Shown: positions 10,188-20,980, counted from the stretch's first letter. The stretch is 48,303 nucleotides of DNA from Bacillota bacterium (GCA_009780375.1 WRAD01000004.1:1-48303); one strand, 5' to 3'. Notes: a model not told the origin generated them from the letters alone. Made by a program: numbers and translations.

Positions 10188-10388
10188 TTACCAACTTGAT
10201 TTTTTTACGCCTGGAAGTTCACCTTTAAGTGCCTTTTCGCGGAAACAAACACGGCAAATTCCGTATTTTTTAAGTACGGCTTTTGGTCTGCCGCAGATAT
10301 TACAACGCGTGTAATCCCTGACCGCACACGGCTTGCCATTAAGACGTCCTCCACGTTTTTGTTTTTCTTTCATTGCTGCTTTTGCCAT
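10188..10388 (-). CDS. rpsZ: 30S ribosomal protein uS14, zinc-binding type Z
   Basis: RC.ICGRP...[19 protein letters not shown]. Confidence 0.97.
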   Translation of the reverse strand: MAKAAMKEKQKRGGRLNGKPCAVRDYTRCNICGRPKAVLKKYGICRVCFREKALKGELPGVKKSSW

Positions 10389-10411
10389 ATCATATTCTCC
10401 TTATAATTACA

Positions 10412-11056
10412 TTACTTGTTATCTTTTCTGAATGGAAAGCCTAGTGCTTTAAGTAATTCCATACTGTCTTCTCTTGTATTTGCTGTTGTTACTATCGCGA
10501 TATCAAAACCTCGAACTTTTTCAACTTTATCGTAAATGATTTCTGGGAATACAAGTTGTTCTTTGATACCCATTGCATAGTTACCAAATTTGTCGAACGA
10601 TTTTGTTGAACAACCTGCGAAATCACGCACACGTGGCAAGGCAACACTTATAAGTTTGTCAAGAAAGAGGTACATATATTTGCCACGAAGTGTAACTTTT
10701 GCACCGATTCGTTGACCTTCACGAAGTTTAAAGTTAGAAATCGATTTTTTTGCTTTTGTTACAACCGCTTTTTGGTTTGTAATAATGCCAAGTTCATCGA
10801 CCGCAGCGTTGAATTTCTTTGTGTCGTCCTTTACATCGCCTAAACCCATGTTAAGGATGATTTTTTCAAGCCTAGGAACCGCATTTACGTTTCCGAATTT
10901 TTCTGTTAATGCGGGTACAATTTCTGTTATGTATTTTTCGTGTAGACGATTGTGGAATACACGTTTTGGTGCAGAACCTTTTGGTTTTGACGCACTAGAT
11001 TTTGCTACGGGTTTCGCCGTAGTCTTAGTGCTTGCTTTCACTTTTACTTCTTCCAT
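10412..11056 (-). CDS. rplE: 50S ribosomal protein uL5, with N-terminal extension
   Basis: [37 protein letters not shown]. Confidence 0.98.
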   Translation of the reverse strand: MEEVKVKASTKTTAKPVAKSSASKPKGSAPKRVFHNRLHEKYITEIVPALTEKFGNVNAVPRLEKIILNMGLGDVKDDTKKFNAAVDELGIITNQKAVVTKAKKSISNFKLREGQRIGAKVTLRGKYMYLFLDKLISVALPRVRDFAGCSTKSFDKFGNYAMGIKEQLVFPEIIYDKVEKVRGFDIAIVTTANTREDSMELLKALGFPFRKDNK

Positions 11057-11104
11057 GATTTCTCCTTGTTAATTTCGGTGGTCTGGTATTTTGTTATTTA
11101 ATCG

Positions 11105-11614
11105 TTAACTTCCGCCTGTTTTTCGTGGAAGTGCAACACTTGACGAACCTTGTGCCTTTGCAGGGGCTTTTACTTTACTGTCGGCTGTTGCCTTAACTTC
11201 ACGACGGACAAGTGGTTTTTTGTCTACCTTTTTCTCTTCTTTTTCCTCGTTGATTTCTTTTTTCTTTTCTTCTTTTACTTTAACATATTTTCTGTCAAGA
11301 ACTTCGTCACATTTTTTACAGTAACGAACACGTTTATCGCCGATCACTTTGGTGCTTATTCTTGTTGGCTTGCCACACTTGCAAAGAATCATTACATTTG
11401 AAATATCAATTGCTCCTGCTTTCTTTTCACGTGCAGATTTTTGCTGGGCCGACCTTGCCTTTTTGTGTTTAATAACAACATTTACACCATCAACAATACA
11501 TGAATTGTCTTCTGGATTTACCATAAGGACTTTACCTTTTTTCCCACGATCTTTGCCAGAAACAACCATAACGGTATCTCCGCGACGAATATTTGTGTTA
11601 ATCTTTTTTTCCAT
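11105..11614 (-). CDS. rplX: 50S ribosomal protein uL24, with long C-terminal extension
   Basis: KOW motif IRRGDTVMVVSGKDRGKKG, IDISNV; CKC...CKKC. Confidence 0.97.
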   Translation of the reverse strand: MEKKINTNIRRGDTVMVVSGKDRGKKGKVLMVNPEDNSCIVDGVNVVIKHKKARSAQQKSAREKKAGAIDISNVMILCKCGKPTRISTKVIGDKRVRYCKKCDEVLDRKYVKVKEEKKKEINEEKEEKKVDKKPLVRREVKATADSKVKAPAKAQGSSSVALPRKTGGS

Positions 11615-11983
11615 TTAAAGTACCTCCGGTGCCAATGACACGATTTTCATAAATCCTTTTTCACGAAGTTCCCTTGCAACAGGTCCGAAAATACGTGTGC
11701 CAATTGGATTATTTTCCTTGTTGATAATGACAGCAGCGTTGTCGTCAAAACGAATATGCGTACCATCGACACGTTTTTTGTCTTTTTTTGTGCGGACAAT
11801 AACGGCCTTGATAACATCACCTTTTTTAACCGAGCCATTTGGTTCGGCTTTCTTGACACTCGCGACAATTATATCACCTATGCCCCCGTTTTTGCGAACA
11901 CTGCCGCCCAAAACTCGGATAACACCTATTTCTTTGGCTCCCGTGTTGTCTGCTACTTTTAATCTTGTTTCGGTTTGTACCAT
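11615..11983 (-). CDS. rplN: 50S ribosomal protein uL14
   Basis: [37 protein letters not shown]. Confidence 0.99.
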   Translation of the reverse strand: MVQTETRLKVADNTGAKEIGVIRVLGGSVRKNGGIGDIIVASVKKAEPNGSVKKGDVIKAVIVRTKKDKKRVDGTHIRFDDNAAVIINKENNPIGTRIFGPVARELREKGFMKIVSLAPEVL

Positions 11984-12014
11984 GATTGGTCTCCCTTAGT
12001 GAATTTTGTGTAAA

Positions 12015-12290
12015 TTATTTTGCTTTTTCAACGATTCGAAGCAATCTAAAGTATTTATCCTTTGAAAGCTTTCTTGTTTCCATGATTTCAACTGTGTCGC
12101 CAACGCCACATTCGTTATTCTCGTCATGAGCTTTGAATTTTTTAGAACGAGTAACGGTTTTCTTGTAAAGTGGATGAGGTTTCTTTTCAGAAATAAGAAC
12201 AACGATTGTTTTATCCATTTTATCGGAAACGACTTTGCCAGTTCTTATTTTCCGAAGGTTACGTTCGACTTTTTGTTCAATTGCTGTCAT
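12015..12290 (-). CDS. rpsQ: 30S ribosomal protein uS17
   Basis: [27 protein letters not shown]. Confidence 0.98.
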   Translation of the reverse strand: MTAIEQKVERNLRKIRTGKVVSDKMDKTIVVLISEKKPHPLYKKTVTRSKKFKAHDENNECGVGDTVEIMETRKLSKDKYFRLLRIVEKAK

Positions 12291-12586
12291 TTGTTACCTC
12301 CTTCTTCATCTTTCTTATCTGCTTTTTTAGGTGCAGGTTTTTCGTCCTTCTTTACAGGTGTGACTTTTGTTGTCTTACCTTTGTTTTTAATGACACCATA
12401 TTCACGTTCTTTCAAAATTGTCATTACCCTTGCTATATCTTTTTTAACAACATTTATTGCAATTGGGTTTTTCAGTTGCCCTGTAGAGTTTTGAAATCTT
12501 AGGTTAAAGAGTTCATTTTTTAGATTGTTGAACTTGTCTTTAAGTTCTTGGGTTGTCATGTCGTGGTATAGTCTTGCTCTGTCCAT
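12287..12586 (-). CDS. rpmC: 50S ribosomal protein uL29, with C-terminal extension
   Basis: [14 protein letters not shown]....VKKDIAR..T.L.E. Confidence 0.97.
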   Translation of the reverse strand: MDRARLYHDMTTQELKDKFNNLKNELFNLRFQNSTGQLKNPIAINVVKKDIARVMTILKEREYGVIKNKGKTTKVTPVKKDEKPAPKKADKKDEEGGNK

Positions 12587-13110
12587 TATGCTGCACCTCC
12601 TTCTGCGGTTTCAGTTGTTTCGACTTCTGTTGGCTGACCAGTTTCTGCTTTTGCTTCGTCCAGATATACAACTTTTCCTTTTACATATCTCTTTTCACGA
12701 ATCACATCCCGTTTAACAAATTTACATTTGCATGGAAGTTTATGCATACCAAGTCTAAGCGCCTCTCTTGCCATTTCCTCGGAAACACCGGCGAGTTCGT
12801 ATAAAACTCTGCCTGGTTTTATAACCGCAACCCATTTGTCTGGTGAACCTTTACCTCCACCCATTCGAACTTCGGCAGGTTTTTTGGTAACAGGCTTGTG
12901 TGGGAATATATTTATCCAAACTTTACCACCACGTTTTGTGTAACGAGTCATTGCAATACGAGCAGCCTCTATTTGGTTGCTTGTAATCCAACATGGTTCG
13001 GTTGCGACCAACCCATAGTCTCCGTATGCAAGTTGATTACCACGTGTGGCTTTACCCGTCATACGTCCACGGTGTAATTTTCGTCGCTTAACTCTTCTTG
13101 GCATTAACAT
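12586..13110 (-). CDS. rplP: 50S ribosomal protein uL16, with C-terminal extension
   Basis: [34 protein letters not shown]. Confidence 0.98.
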   Translation of the reverse strand: MLMPRRVKRRKLHRGRMTGKATRGNQLAYGDYGLVATEPCWITSNQIEAARIAMTRYTKRGGKVWINIFPHKPVTKKPAEVRMGGGKGSPDKWVAVIKPGRVLYELAGVSEEMAREALRLGMHKLPCKCKFVKRDVIREKRYVKGKVVYLDEAKAETGQPTEVETTETAEGGAA

Positions 13111-13150
13111 TTTGGTTTCTCCTTATATCTAGTTAGAAGTTCTTGTAATT

Positions 13151-14080
13151 TTATTGTTGCCCTTGAGGCGGTTTCGATGTAAATGATTTACGAACAAATT
13201 CTGGTTTTGGACGGTTTGGATCAAATTGTCTTTGTCCGCCTTCTGGCCTTGGTCTGTTCGGATCATATGGTGGACGAGGTTTTGACGAATCAAATGCAGG
13301 TCTTGGACGGTTTGGATCAAACGGTCTTTTATCACGATCTCCAAATGGTTTTCTGTCACCGAATGGTTTTCTTGGACCACTGTCACGTTCTGTTCTTGAT
13401 GCACGTGTTACTTCACCTGTACGACGTGATTTACCTTTAATTTCTCCGTGGCAAATCCAACATTTAACACCGATAACACCAAATGTTGTGTGAGCCTCTG
13501 CAAAACCATATTCAATATCAGAACGAAGCGTATGGAGTGGTAGAATTCCTGTTTGATAGTGTTCGGAACGAGCGATGTCTGCCCCATCTAAACGACCACC
13601 AACCATGACTTTTATACCTTTTACACCGGCTTTCATTGCTTTTTGCATTGCCATTTTCATTGCACGACGCCAAGCGACACGTTTTTCAAGTTGAATCGCA
13701 ATTGATTGAGCCACAAGTACCGCATCCGCATCAATGTTTTTAACTTCACGCACATTAACGTCAAGAGTTTTCGTACCAACGATTTTCTGAAGGTCTTTTT
13801 TTACTTTGTCAATTCCTGAACCTTTTTGACCGATAAAGATACCTGGTTTTGCGGTATAAACATTAACCGAGACACGAGCAACGGTACGATCAATGGTAAT
13901 TTTTGAAATTGAACAATTATTAAGACCAGCTTTGTTGCTGTAATTATTCATTATATATGTACGGACATCGTGATCTTCCTTGATAAATGCCGCCATATCT
14001 TTTTTAGGTGCAACCCATGTAGAGCTCCAATCCTTATTAACCCCTACTCTAAAACCGTGTGGATTTACTTTCTGTCCCAT
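13151..14080 (-). CDS. rpsC: 30S ribosomal protein uS3, with repeat-containing C-terminal extension
   Basis: MGQKVNPHGFRVG, GRL.GA.IARSE, PLHTLRSDI.YG. Confidence 0.98.
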   Translation of the reverse strand: MGQKVNPHGFRVGVNKDWSSTWVAPKKDMAAFIKEDHDVRTYIMNNYSNKAGLNNCSISKITIDRTVARVSVNVYTAKPGIFIGQKGSGIDKVKKDLQKIVGTKTLDVNVREVKNIDADAVLVAQSIAIQLEKRVAWRRAMKMAMQKAMKAGVKGIKVMVGGRLDGADIARSEHYQTGILPLHTLRSDIEYGFAEAHTTFGVIGVKCWICHGEIKGKSRRTGEVTRASRTERDSGPRKPFGDRKPFGDRDKRPFDPNRPRPAFDSSKPRPPYDPNRPRPEGGQRQFDPNRPKPEFVRKSFTSKPPQGQQ

Positions 14081-14706
14081 TAGTTACCCTCCTTTTTAAC
14101 AACTTCTTTCTTTGTGCCAAGTGGCTTTTTAGCGTTAGGTGTTTCTGTTATCGGGTTTTCCGCACCTTTACCTGGAGTTGATTTTGGTTTTGGAGTAGTT
14201 GTTGTTTTTTTCACTGTTGCACCTTCTGATTTTTTTTCTGGTTTCTTTGGTGCTTCTGGTTTCTTTTCTGCTGATGCTGCGGTTTTTGATGGTTTTGCTT
14301 TTGCAATTGTTTTAGCAACATCTTGCTTTTCATCAAGAATTACGCGTATATGACTTGTTCTTTTAAGAATTCTGTCACCACGTCCTTTTGCACGAGGCAT
14401 CATGCGCTTGTATGTTGGACCTTGAGTTGCGTAACATTCTGCAACAAATAAAGTATCTTTTGACATGTTAAGATTGTTTTCTGCATTTGCGGCGGCAGAA
14501 TTAAGAACTTTTAGGATTAGAGGACTTGCACTCTTATTTGTGTTAGACAAAATATTAACCGCATCTTCATAACGCTTGCCACGAATCAAATCAAGTACTA
14601 TTATAACCTTGCTTGATGAAATACGCAAATATTTCGCAATTGCCTGTGGACGTTTGTCACGATTTTCTGCATTTTTCTTTGCACGTTCTCTTGTATTTGT
14701 TGCCAT
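14080..14706 (-). CDS. rplV: 50S ribosomal protein uL22, with N- and C-terminal extensions
   Basis: SAAANAENN, GPT.KR..PRAKGR...ILKRTSHI. Confidence 0.98.
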   Translation of the reverse strand: MATNTRERAKKNAENRDKRPQAIAKYLRISSSKVIIVLDLIRGKRYEDAVNILSNTNKSASPLILKVLNSAAANAENNLNMSKDTLFVAECYATQGPTYKRMMPRAKGRGDRILKRTSHIRVILDEKQDVAKTIAKAKPSKTAASAEKKPEAPKKPEKKSEGATVKKTTTTPKPKSTPGKGAENPITETPNAKKPLGTKKEVVKKEGN

Positions 14707-14796
14707 TTTTTACTCCTTAGTCAAGTACTCTCTGATGATTTCCCTGTAATTTTTGTTGCATAGCAGGCTCGCCCCTACATATGTTTTTTACTTTTA

Positions 14797-15087
14797 TTAT
14801 CCTTTCTTGCCTTTTGCCTTGATTGCTTTGACGCCTCCGTGACCTGGGAATGTTCTTGTTGCACTGAATTCGCCAAGTTTGTGCCCAACCATTTCTGATT
14901 TCACATAAACCGGAATATGCTTTTTACCATTGTAAACAGCAATGGTATGACCTACGAATGAAGGCAAGATAGTACATGAACGTGCCCATGTTTTAATAAT
15001 ACGCTTTTCATTTTTTTCGTTCATTGCATCAATCTTTTTTTCAAGATTTTCAACAACGTATGGTCCTTTTTTTATACTTCTGCTCAT
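14797..15087 (-). CDS. rpsS: 30S ribosomal protein uS19
   Basis: [24 protein letters not shown]. Confidence 0.98.
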   Translation of the reverse strand: MSRSIKKGPYVVENLEKKIDAMNEKNEKRIIKTWARSCTILPSFVGHTIAVYNGKKHIPVYVKSEMVGHKLGEFSATRTFPGHGGVKAIKAKGKKG

Positions 15088-15116
15088 TATGTTTCTCCTA
15101 GTTTTTAGTCTTGCAT

Positions 15117-15956
15117 TTATTTCGATGGTCTGCGTTTTACAATAAATCGTGAACTTGGTTTTTTATCTTTTCTGGTCTTCTTACCCATAGTTGGTTTACC
15201 CCAAGGTGTAACAGGTGTTGCACGTCCAATTGGCGATTTTCCTTCACCACCACCATGTGGGTGATCACAAGGATTCATGACCGAACCGCGAACAGTTGGT
15301 TTGATTCCCATGTGGCGTTTACGACCAGCCTTTCCAAGGGAAATGAGTTCATGGTCAATATTTCCAACACGTCCAAGTGTTGCAAAACATTTTTCTGGAA
15401 TTCGACGCATTTCGCCAGACGGCATTTTAAGTGTTGCATATCCGTTGTCGCGTCCAGCAAGTGTTGCATAATTTCCGGCACTTCGTGCTATTTGCCCACC
15501 TTTTCCCGGTTGCATTTCGATGTTATGAATTGTTGAACCAATCGGCATTGCACTAAGTGGCATTGCATTACCTATTTTGACTTCGACAGATGGACCACTT
15601 ATAACAGTGTCACCTTTTGAGAGTCCTAGAGGGGCAAGAATGTATGCCTTTGAACCATCAACATAGTATAATAATGCAATATTTGCGGTGCGATTTGGAT
15701 CATATTCAATTGCCTCAACCTTTGCAGGTACATTGTGCTTGAGACGCTTAAAGTCAATGATACGATATTTTTGCTTTGCACCACCACCAATATGTCGTGT
15801 TGTTATTTTACCTTGAAAATTTCGTCCGCCTGTTTTTGATTTTTTGGCGAGAAGGCTCTTCTCGGGTGCCTTTCTTTTATCGGTTATTTCGTCAAAGGTA
15901 GACATAGTTTTATGTCTTGACCCTGGCGATGTTGGATTAAACCTTTTGATTCCCAT
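15117..15956 (-). CDS. rplB: 50S ribosomal protein uL2
   Basis: [30 protein letters not shown]. Confidence 0.99.
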   Translation of the reverse strand: MGIKRFNPTSPGSRHKTMSTFDEITDKRKAPEKSLLAKKSKTGGRNFQGKITTRHIGGGAKQKYRIIDFKRLKHNVPAKVEAIEYDPNRTANIALLYYVDGSKAYILAPLGLSKGDTVISGPSVEVKIGNAMPLSAMPIGSTIHNIEMQPGKGGQIARSAGNYATLAGRDNGYATLKMPSGEMRRIPEKCFATLGRVGNIDHELISLGKAGRKRHMGIKPTVRGSVMNPCDHPHGGGEGKSPIGRATPVTPWGKPTMGKKTRKDKKPSSRFIVKRRPSK

Positions 15957-16002
15957 AATTTTCCTCTTTATAATAGATTTTTCTTTTAGATTATTTAAGC
16001 CA

Positions 16003-16296
16003 TTATTTCAAGCCTTCAAAGAATTCGATTGGCTTTGATTTTGGTGTAAGTGTCACATAAGCCTTTTTCCATGATGATGTATAACCACTTGTTCTTCCTT
16101 GACGTTTTGGTTTTCCATCATAACGGATTGTGTTTACTTTTTCAACTTTTGCACCTTTGAAGACTTGTTCAATTGCCGCTTTGATTTGTGGTTTTGTTGC
16201 ACTCTTGGCAACCTCGAAGACATATTTTTTGTCTTGTGTTTCTGCCATGCCTTTTTCACTGATGATTGGGCGAATGATTATATCGTATGCGTTCAT
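16003..16296 (-). CDS. rplW: 50S ribosomal protein uL23
   Basis: II.PIISEK, YVFEV...[17 protein letters not shown]. Confidence 0.97.
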   Translation of the reverse strand: MNAYDIIIRPIISEKGMAETQDKKYVFEVAKSATKPQIKAAIEQVFKGAKVEKVNTIRYDGKPKRQGRTSGYTSSWKKAYVTLTPKSKPIEFFEGLK

Positions 16297-16982
16297 GCTG
16301 TTACCTCCTTAGCCACTGTCTTTTTGGCAACTGGTTTTTCTTCGGCGATTGGTTCATCTTTGTACTGGGCATCGATTGCTTTGATGGCATCAACACTTGC
16401 AACGATGTATTTAAAGTTAACAATATCCATGACACTTAGTTGTGCTGCGGTTGTAATTTCGACTTTTGGCAAGTTATTTGCAGAGCGAAGAAATTGTTCA
16501 TCTTTGCCGTTGGTTACAAATAATATACGTTTGCCAGCAAGTTTGATATTTTCAAGGATATCCGCAACAAGCTTTGTTTTAGCTTCTTTGAGATCCATTG
16601 TTTTAAGGACAAGAAGTTCATTATCGCCCAGTTTTGCACTTATAGCAGAAACAAAAGCACCGAATTTTTTCTTTTTGTTGATCTTTGTTGTAAAGTCACG
16701 TGGTTTTGGTGCAAATGCAACCCCACCACCGACATGGTGCACGGATTTTGTCGACCCCTGACGTGCACGTCCAGTACCTTTTTGACGATAAGGTTTTGCC
16801 GCATGTCCACGAACATCTTGCCTTGCGAGTGTTGACTTTGTTCCTTGGCGTTGATTATTCATCTGAGCAATCGCAACTTCGTGAATGAGACTGTCATTAC
16901 GTTCTGCCCCAAATACACTAGGTGACACATCAACTGTTCCGCTTGCTTTGCCTTGTTGGTCTATTACTTTGATTTTAATCAT
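16293..16982 (-). CDS. rplD: 50S ribosomal protein uL4
   Basis: RQGT, KPYRQKGTGRARQGS, GGGVAFAPKPRD. Confidence 0.98.
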   Translation of the reverse strand: MIKIKVIDQQGKASGTVDVSPSVFGAERNDSLIHEVAIAQMNNQRQGTKSTLARQDVRGHAAKPYRQKGTGRARQGSTKSVHHVGGGVAFAPKPRDFTTKINKKKKFGAFVSAISAKLGDNELLVLKTMDLKEAKTKLVADILENIKLAGKRILFVTNGKDEQFLRSANNLPKVEITTAAQLSVMDIVNFKYIVASVDAIKAIDAQYKDEPIAEEKPVAKKTVAKEVTA

Positions 16983-17629
16983 TACCTAGCACCTCCTTGT
17001 TTCTTTACGGCACTCTTTACAACTACAAGTGAACCGTCTGGCCCAGGTATTCCGCCCTTTATAAGGAGACAGTTTTTATCAACGTCAACACCAACAATGG
17101 TGAGGTTTTGAATTGTTACCTGTTCATTACCATACTGACCAGCCATGTGTTTGTTTTTAAAAACACGACTTGGGCAACTGTTTGCACCCATAGAACCAAC
17201 GTGTCTGTGCACAGGGCCTGTACCGTGAGACATTGGACCTACACGAGCCTGGTTCCAACGCTTGATAACACCTGTGAAACCGCGACCTTTTGTTTTTGCG
17301 GTTACGTCAACAATATCACCAATTGAAAAAACGTCTGCCTTGAATTCGCCTCCAACTTTGTGGTCGTGTCCGGCCTCAACGCGGAATTCTTTAAGGTAAC
17401 GTTTTGGAGAAATACCAGCTTTTTTAAATTGACCTGTCATAGGTTTATTTACAAGGGATTTTCGTTTTTCACCGAATCCAACAACAACAGCCTCATAGCC
17501 ATCTGTTTCTTTTGTTTTCACTTGTACGATTTGGCAAGGTCCGGCTTCGACCACTGTTACAGGAATAACAATGCCTTTGTCGCCAAAGACTTGTGTCATT
17601 CCTCGCTTAATTCCTAATACGCCTTTCAT
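16982..17629 (-). CDS. rplC: 50S ribosomal protein uL3
   Basis: G.K.GMTQVF, DGYEAV, KGRGF.GVIKRW, KGGIPGP. Confidence 0.98.
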   Translation of the reverse strand: MKGVLGIKRGMTQVFGDKGIVIPVTVVEAGPCQIVQVKTKETDGYEAVVVGFGEKRKSLVNKPMTGQFKKAGISPKRYLKEFRVEAGHDHKVGGEFKADVFSIGDIVDVTAKTKGRGFTGVIKRWNQARVGPMSHGTGPVHRHVGSMGANSCPSRVFKNKHMAGQYGNEQVTIQNLTIVGVDVDKNCLLIKGGIPGPDGSLVVVKSAVKKQGGAR

Positions 17630-17681
17630 GATGTTCTCCTAAATTTTTCTTTGCTGTGCTTTGAAATATTATTTAAAGTGT

Positions 17682-17996
17682 TTATGCAGTAAGTTTGATT
17701 TGGATTTCTACCCCAGCGGGCATCTCAAGTCGGGTAAGTGCTTCTACTACTTTTTGATTTGGATTATAAATATCAAGCAGACGTTTGTGAGTTCTTTTTT
17801 CGAACTGTTCACGACTGTCTTTATATTTGTGTGGACTTCGGATGACGGTTACAACTTCTTTAATTGTTGGAAGTGGCACAGGTCCACTTATCTTTGCACC
17901 GTTTTTTGTAACGATGTCAATGATGCGTACAAGTGCACTCTCTACGAGGCTGTGGTCATAGCCTGATAGTTTTACTCTGATTTTTGAAGTCGACAT
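17682..17996 (-). CDS. rpsJ: 30S ribosomal protein uS10 (start moved to ATG 17996)
   Basis: GPVPLPT, RSPHKYKDSREQFE.RTHKRL; AGGAGG SD lies just upstream of ATG 17996, not the GTG at 18020. Confidence 0.97.
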   Translation of the reverse strand: MSTSKIRVKLSGYDHSLVESALVRIIDIVTKNGAKISGPVPLPTIKEVVTVIRSPHKYKDSREQFEKRTHKRLLDIYNPNQKVVEALTRLEMPAGVEIQIKLTA

Positions 17997-18077
17997 ATCC
18001 TTCCTCCTGTTGTCTTCCACTTATCCGTGCGTTTCTTTTTTTGTTTAATACACAAAAAGACTGCACACAAGTCATCT

Positions 18078-18105
18078 ATTATATCATGTAGAAAAATCTT
18101 GTCAA
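18078..18105 (-). promoter_or_regulatory. S10 operon promoter
   Basis: TTGACA, 16 nt, TGaTATAAT on minus strand. Confidence 0.8.
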
Positions 18106-18124
18106 GAGGTTTTATTAAAAAAAT

Positions 18125-18859
18125 TTAAAACTCGAGTCCAAAACAGAATTTACCAAAATTTTGTTTTTCTGGTATATCCAGGGTTCGCATTTTTTCTTCA
18201 AAGCGTTTTCGATTATACTTAACATTTATACGATAAATATCAAAGTTCAAATCCACACAGTGATGGTCGCAGATGTCAAAGTAGGTATAGAATGTTTTAT
18301 CGCCTTTAACGCAACCACTGCTTCCATTACATATGTAACTTTTACTGTGCTCATTGATAATAATCTTACGAGAATGTATATGTCCAAAAAAAACCACATC
18401 AGCATTTTTATCGCCAAATAAACCGTGCAGGTGACTTTCCGAGAATTCATCATAATCATCCCTTACTACCCCACTTTGGTCATGTGCATAATGGGCGAAT
18501 AATATATTAAATCCCTTGAAATTAATCTTGATTTCGTTTGGCATTGTTTTAATAAATCTCAGATCATCGTTATCAAGACTCTTATATATATACTCCATGT
18601 GTTTGATTCCGGCATAGGTCATTGTCGAGACGCTGCTGTCATATCTTACCATTCGTTGTTCGTGGTTACCTATTACACATTTTATTTTGTCTTTATGTTT
18701 GGCAAGGAGTTTCAAACACTCGGAACTGTCTGGACCAAATGTGATTGCATCACCCAAGAAGAATGCCTGTTTAATTTTTCTGTTTTTCTTTATATCTTTG
18801 ATAATGGCTTCCAAAGCCTCAAGGTTTCCATGTATGTCTCCAAATACTGCGATTGCCAT
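18125..18859 (-). CDS. calcineurin-like metallophosphoesterase
   Basis: GDIHGN, LGD, GNHE, FAH, FGHIH motifs. Confidence 0.92.
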   Translation of the reverse strand: MAIAVFGDIHGNLEALEAIIKDIKKNRKIKQAFFLGDAITFGPDSSECLKLLAKHKDKIKCVIGNHEQRMVRYDSSVSTMTYAGIKHMEYIYKSLDNDDLRFIKTMPNEIKINFKGFNILFAHYAHDQSGVVRDDYDEFSESHLHGLFGDKNADVVFFGHIHSRKIIINEHSKSYICNGSSGCVKGDKTFYTYFDICDHHCVDLNFDIYRINVKYNRKRFEEKMRTLDIPEKQNFGKFCFGLEF

Positions 18860-18862
18860 AAT

Positions 18863-18890
18863 AAAAAGTATAACCTAAGTTATACTTTTT
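18863..18890 (-). terminator. terminator hairpin overlapping the phosphoesterase promoter
   Basis: Perfect inverted repeat AAAAAGTATAAC-ctaa-GTTATACTTTTT; contains TATACT 7 nt before ATG 18859. Confidence 0.6.
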
Positions 18891-18912
18891 TCAAAATATT
18901 TATGACACTTTT

Positions 18913-20874
18913 TTAACTTGCAATATTTTTCTTGCGTTTACGAATCATAACCACGGCAAGTATACCAAGTGCACCAACAACAAGTGCAATACCAATTGCA
19001 ATAAACACCCATTCAAGAACAGGGGTGGAATCATCAGGTTCTTGTCCATAATATCCATTGTCGTCATTACCGCCACCGTTGTTATTACCATTATCTTCTT
19101 CTTGAACAATGTATATTGCATAATCGGTGCTTAACCCAGATTGAATATAACGATCTGTTGCGTGATCAAGATCACCTAATGCGCGAACACGAATATAATG
19201 TGTGCCAACATCGAGACTTTCTAGGAATTCAGAAATATCAAATTCATCATAATTTTCGCCTGCAGTCGCCACAAGGTTTCCGTTAATATAAATACCATAA
19301 CCAAATGAAACGGCATTTGGATTATTCCATGAAAGCATTCCATAGCCATCGAGAGTGATGTAGGTCGGTGCAAGCAAGCTTGTATAGTTAGGTGGTGTCG
19401 GAACATATAATTCGACGGTTACAGGTTCAGAATCAAGCCACAAGTCATCATCACCTATTGCAATAACACGAATCAGATGTGTGCCATACCCAAGCCCAAG
19501 ATAATCAATAAGTGCGGCTGTGAATTCGAAATATGTTTGTACAACAGGAACAGTTGCAACAGGATCATATCCGACATAAATTCTGAAACCAGTTGCATTT
19601 TCTACCGTATTCCAAGAAACAGTGTTATCTGTAACGTCTATTTCTATATCCTCTGGGGTTGGAAGCTGCTCTGGCTCTGGTGCCTGTGGTGCGGCAATTA
19701 AAACTCCACCATTTGCCGCAAAAACGTTACCTGAGGCAAGACCATCACCAAGACCACCTGATGTTCTTGCACCCCATGCCCATGTTTCACCAAGGTCATT
19801 AATTGCAAACCAACGGACATTGCGCCCAGTCGATGCATAAATCCAATTATCTTCCATGCCAAATTGTCTCTGTATTACATCCATTGGCCATGCCAAGTGA
19901 ACAGGCCATGCCCAAAGTGTTCCATCATCCCTTATACCTATTGACGCATCTTCATTTCTTGTACAAATAGAAGTCCAACTTCCTTGTGCCCTGAAAGGTG
20001 TTTGTCTTCTGGTTGTTGTTCCATCTCCTATCGCTCCACCTGCGTTATTTCCCCATCCATACATATAACCATCTGTTGTCAATGCATTGCCCCCATTGCC
20101 TCGACCACTTACACTTGCCCAATCTGTCCTTGCACCAATTCGTGTAGGAACGGTACGATTTGCACCGTCTGGAAGTCCAAGATTAAAATTCCCAGTTGCC
20201 CCAGAAGTATGTTGCCCCCATCCGTACAGTAATCCTTCTGCCCTGATTCCAAATGATGTCGTTTGCCCAGCAGAAATAATTGTCCAATCTGCATGACCGC
20301 CAATTCTTATAGGCGCAGATACCACAGCTGTTCCACCGTTTCCAAGTCTTCCATGTGTACCAAGTCCCCATGCCCAAAGTTCACCCGAACCTCGAAGAGC
20401 AATTGCATGAGCCGCCCCACCAGAAACATGGGTCCAGTTATTACCTTCGCCAACTCGTGTTGGAACAAGTGTATTTCCGGCGGTCAATCCAAGACCTGTT
20501 CGTCCTTCTACGTTATTTCCCCATGTCCAAAGCGTACCATCTTCCCTTAGCCCAATTGAAAAATCATTTCCCATGGAGACATCTTTCCAATTACCATCAT
20601 CGTTTATTAGAACGGGTATGTTTCTGTTTGTGGTTGTTCCATCCCCTAACTGGCCATTGCTGTTTGCACCCCATGCCCAGAGGTTACCATTTATATCAAT
20701 TGCAAGAGACGATGCAGACCCACCCTCAATTTTTACAAAATGTGCATTTACCGGTCCGGTTGCCGCATCGGAACTGCCGCGTGTGCCAAGCATTACACCG
20801 CCACTTATAACAAGTGCAGATCCAAGCATAAATGCCATAACAAACCCAAGCATTCTCGTACTCGCTTTCTTCAT
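18913..20874 (-). CDS. RCC1/BLIP-II repeat surface protein with two FN3-like domains and C-terminal TM anchor
   Basis: Signal peptide; repeated G.LW.WG.N..G.LG.G; two P....(SW)...(F/Y).IY......I.V.A.GD modules; TM helix plus RKRKK. Confidence 0.88.
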   Translation of the reverse strand: MKKASTRMLGFVMAFMLGSALVISGGVMLGTRGSSDAATGPVNAHFVKIEGGSASSLAIDINGNLWAWGANSNGQLGDGTTTNRNIPVLINDDGNWKDVSMGNDFSIGLREDGTLWTWGNNVEGRTGLGLTAGNTLVPTRVGEGNNWTHVSGGAAHAIALRGSGELWAWGLGTHGRLGNGGTAVVSAPIRIGGHADWTIISAGQTTSFGIRAEGLLYGWGQHTSGATGNFNLGLPDGANRTVPTRIGARTDWASVSGRGNGGNALTTDGYMYGWGNNAGGAIGDGTTTRRQTPFRAQGSWTSICTRNEDASIGIRDDGTLWAWPVHLAWPMDVIQRQFGMEDNWIYASTGRNVRWFAINDLGETWAWGARTSGGLGDGLASGNVFAANGGVLIAAPQAPEPEQLPTPEDIEIDVTDNTVSWNTVENATGFRIYVGYDPVATVPVVQTYFEFTAALIDYLGLGYGTHLIRVIAIGDDDLWLDSEPVTVELYVPTPPNYTSLLAPTYITLDGYGMLSWNNPNAVSFGYGIYINGNLVATAGENYDEFDISEFLESLDVGTHYIRVRALGDLDHATDRYIQSGLSTDYAIYIVQEEDNGNNNGGGNDDNGYYGQEPDDSTPVLEWVFIAIGIALVVGALGILAVVMIRKRKKNIAS

Positions 20875-20980
20875 TAAATTGTCTCCTTAGTAATTTCGAT
20901 AATATTTATTATGCACATTTTATCAATATCCACCAAAGACTTTATTTTGTAATTACATAGTAATTTTACATAATAAAAAT

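Noticed and set aside
14762-14780. GTAGGGGCG REP-like motif in the rpsS-rplV spacer
   Set aside because: Single incomplete copy and no RAYT transposase in the window.
16099-16761. 220-aa plus-strand ORF and many other antisense ORFs across the r-protein cluster and large genes
   Set aside because: Shadows of well-supported genes; no SD or motifs.
18098-18106. CTTGTCAAG near-palindrome here and at 30945-30953 as a shared operator
   Set aside because: Explained by TTGACA -35 boxes plus short flanks.
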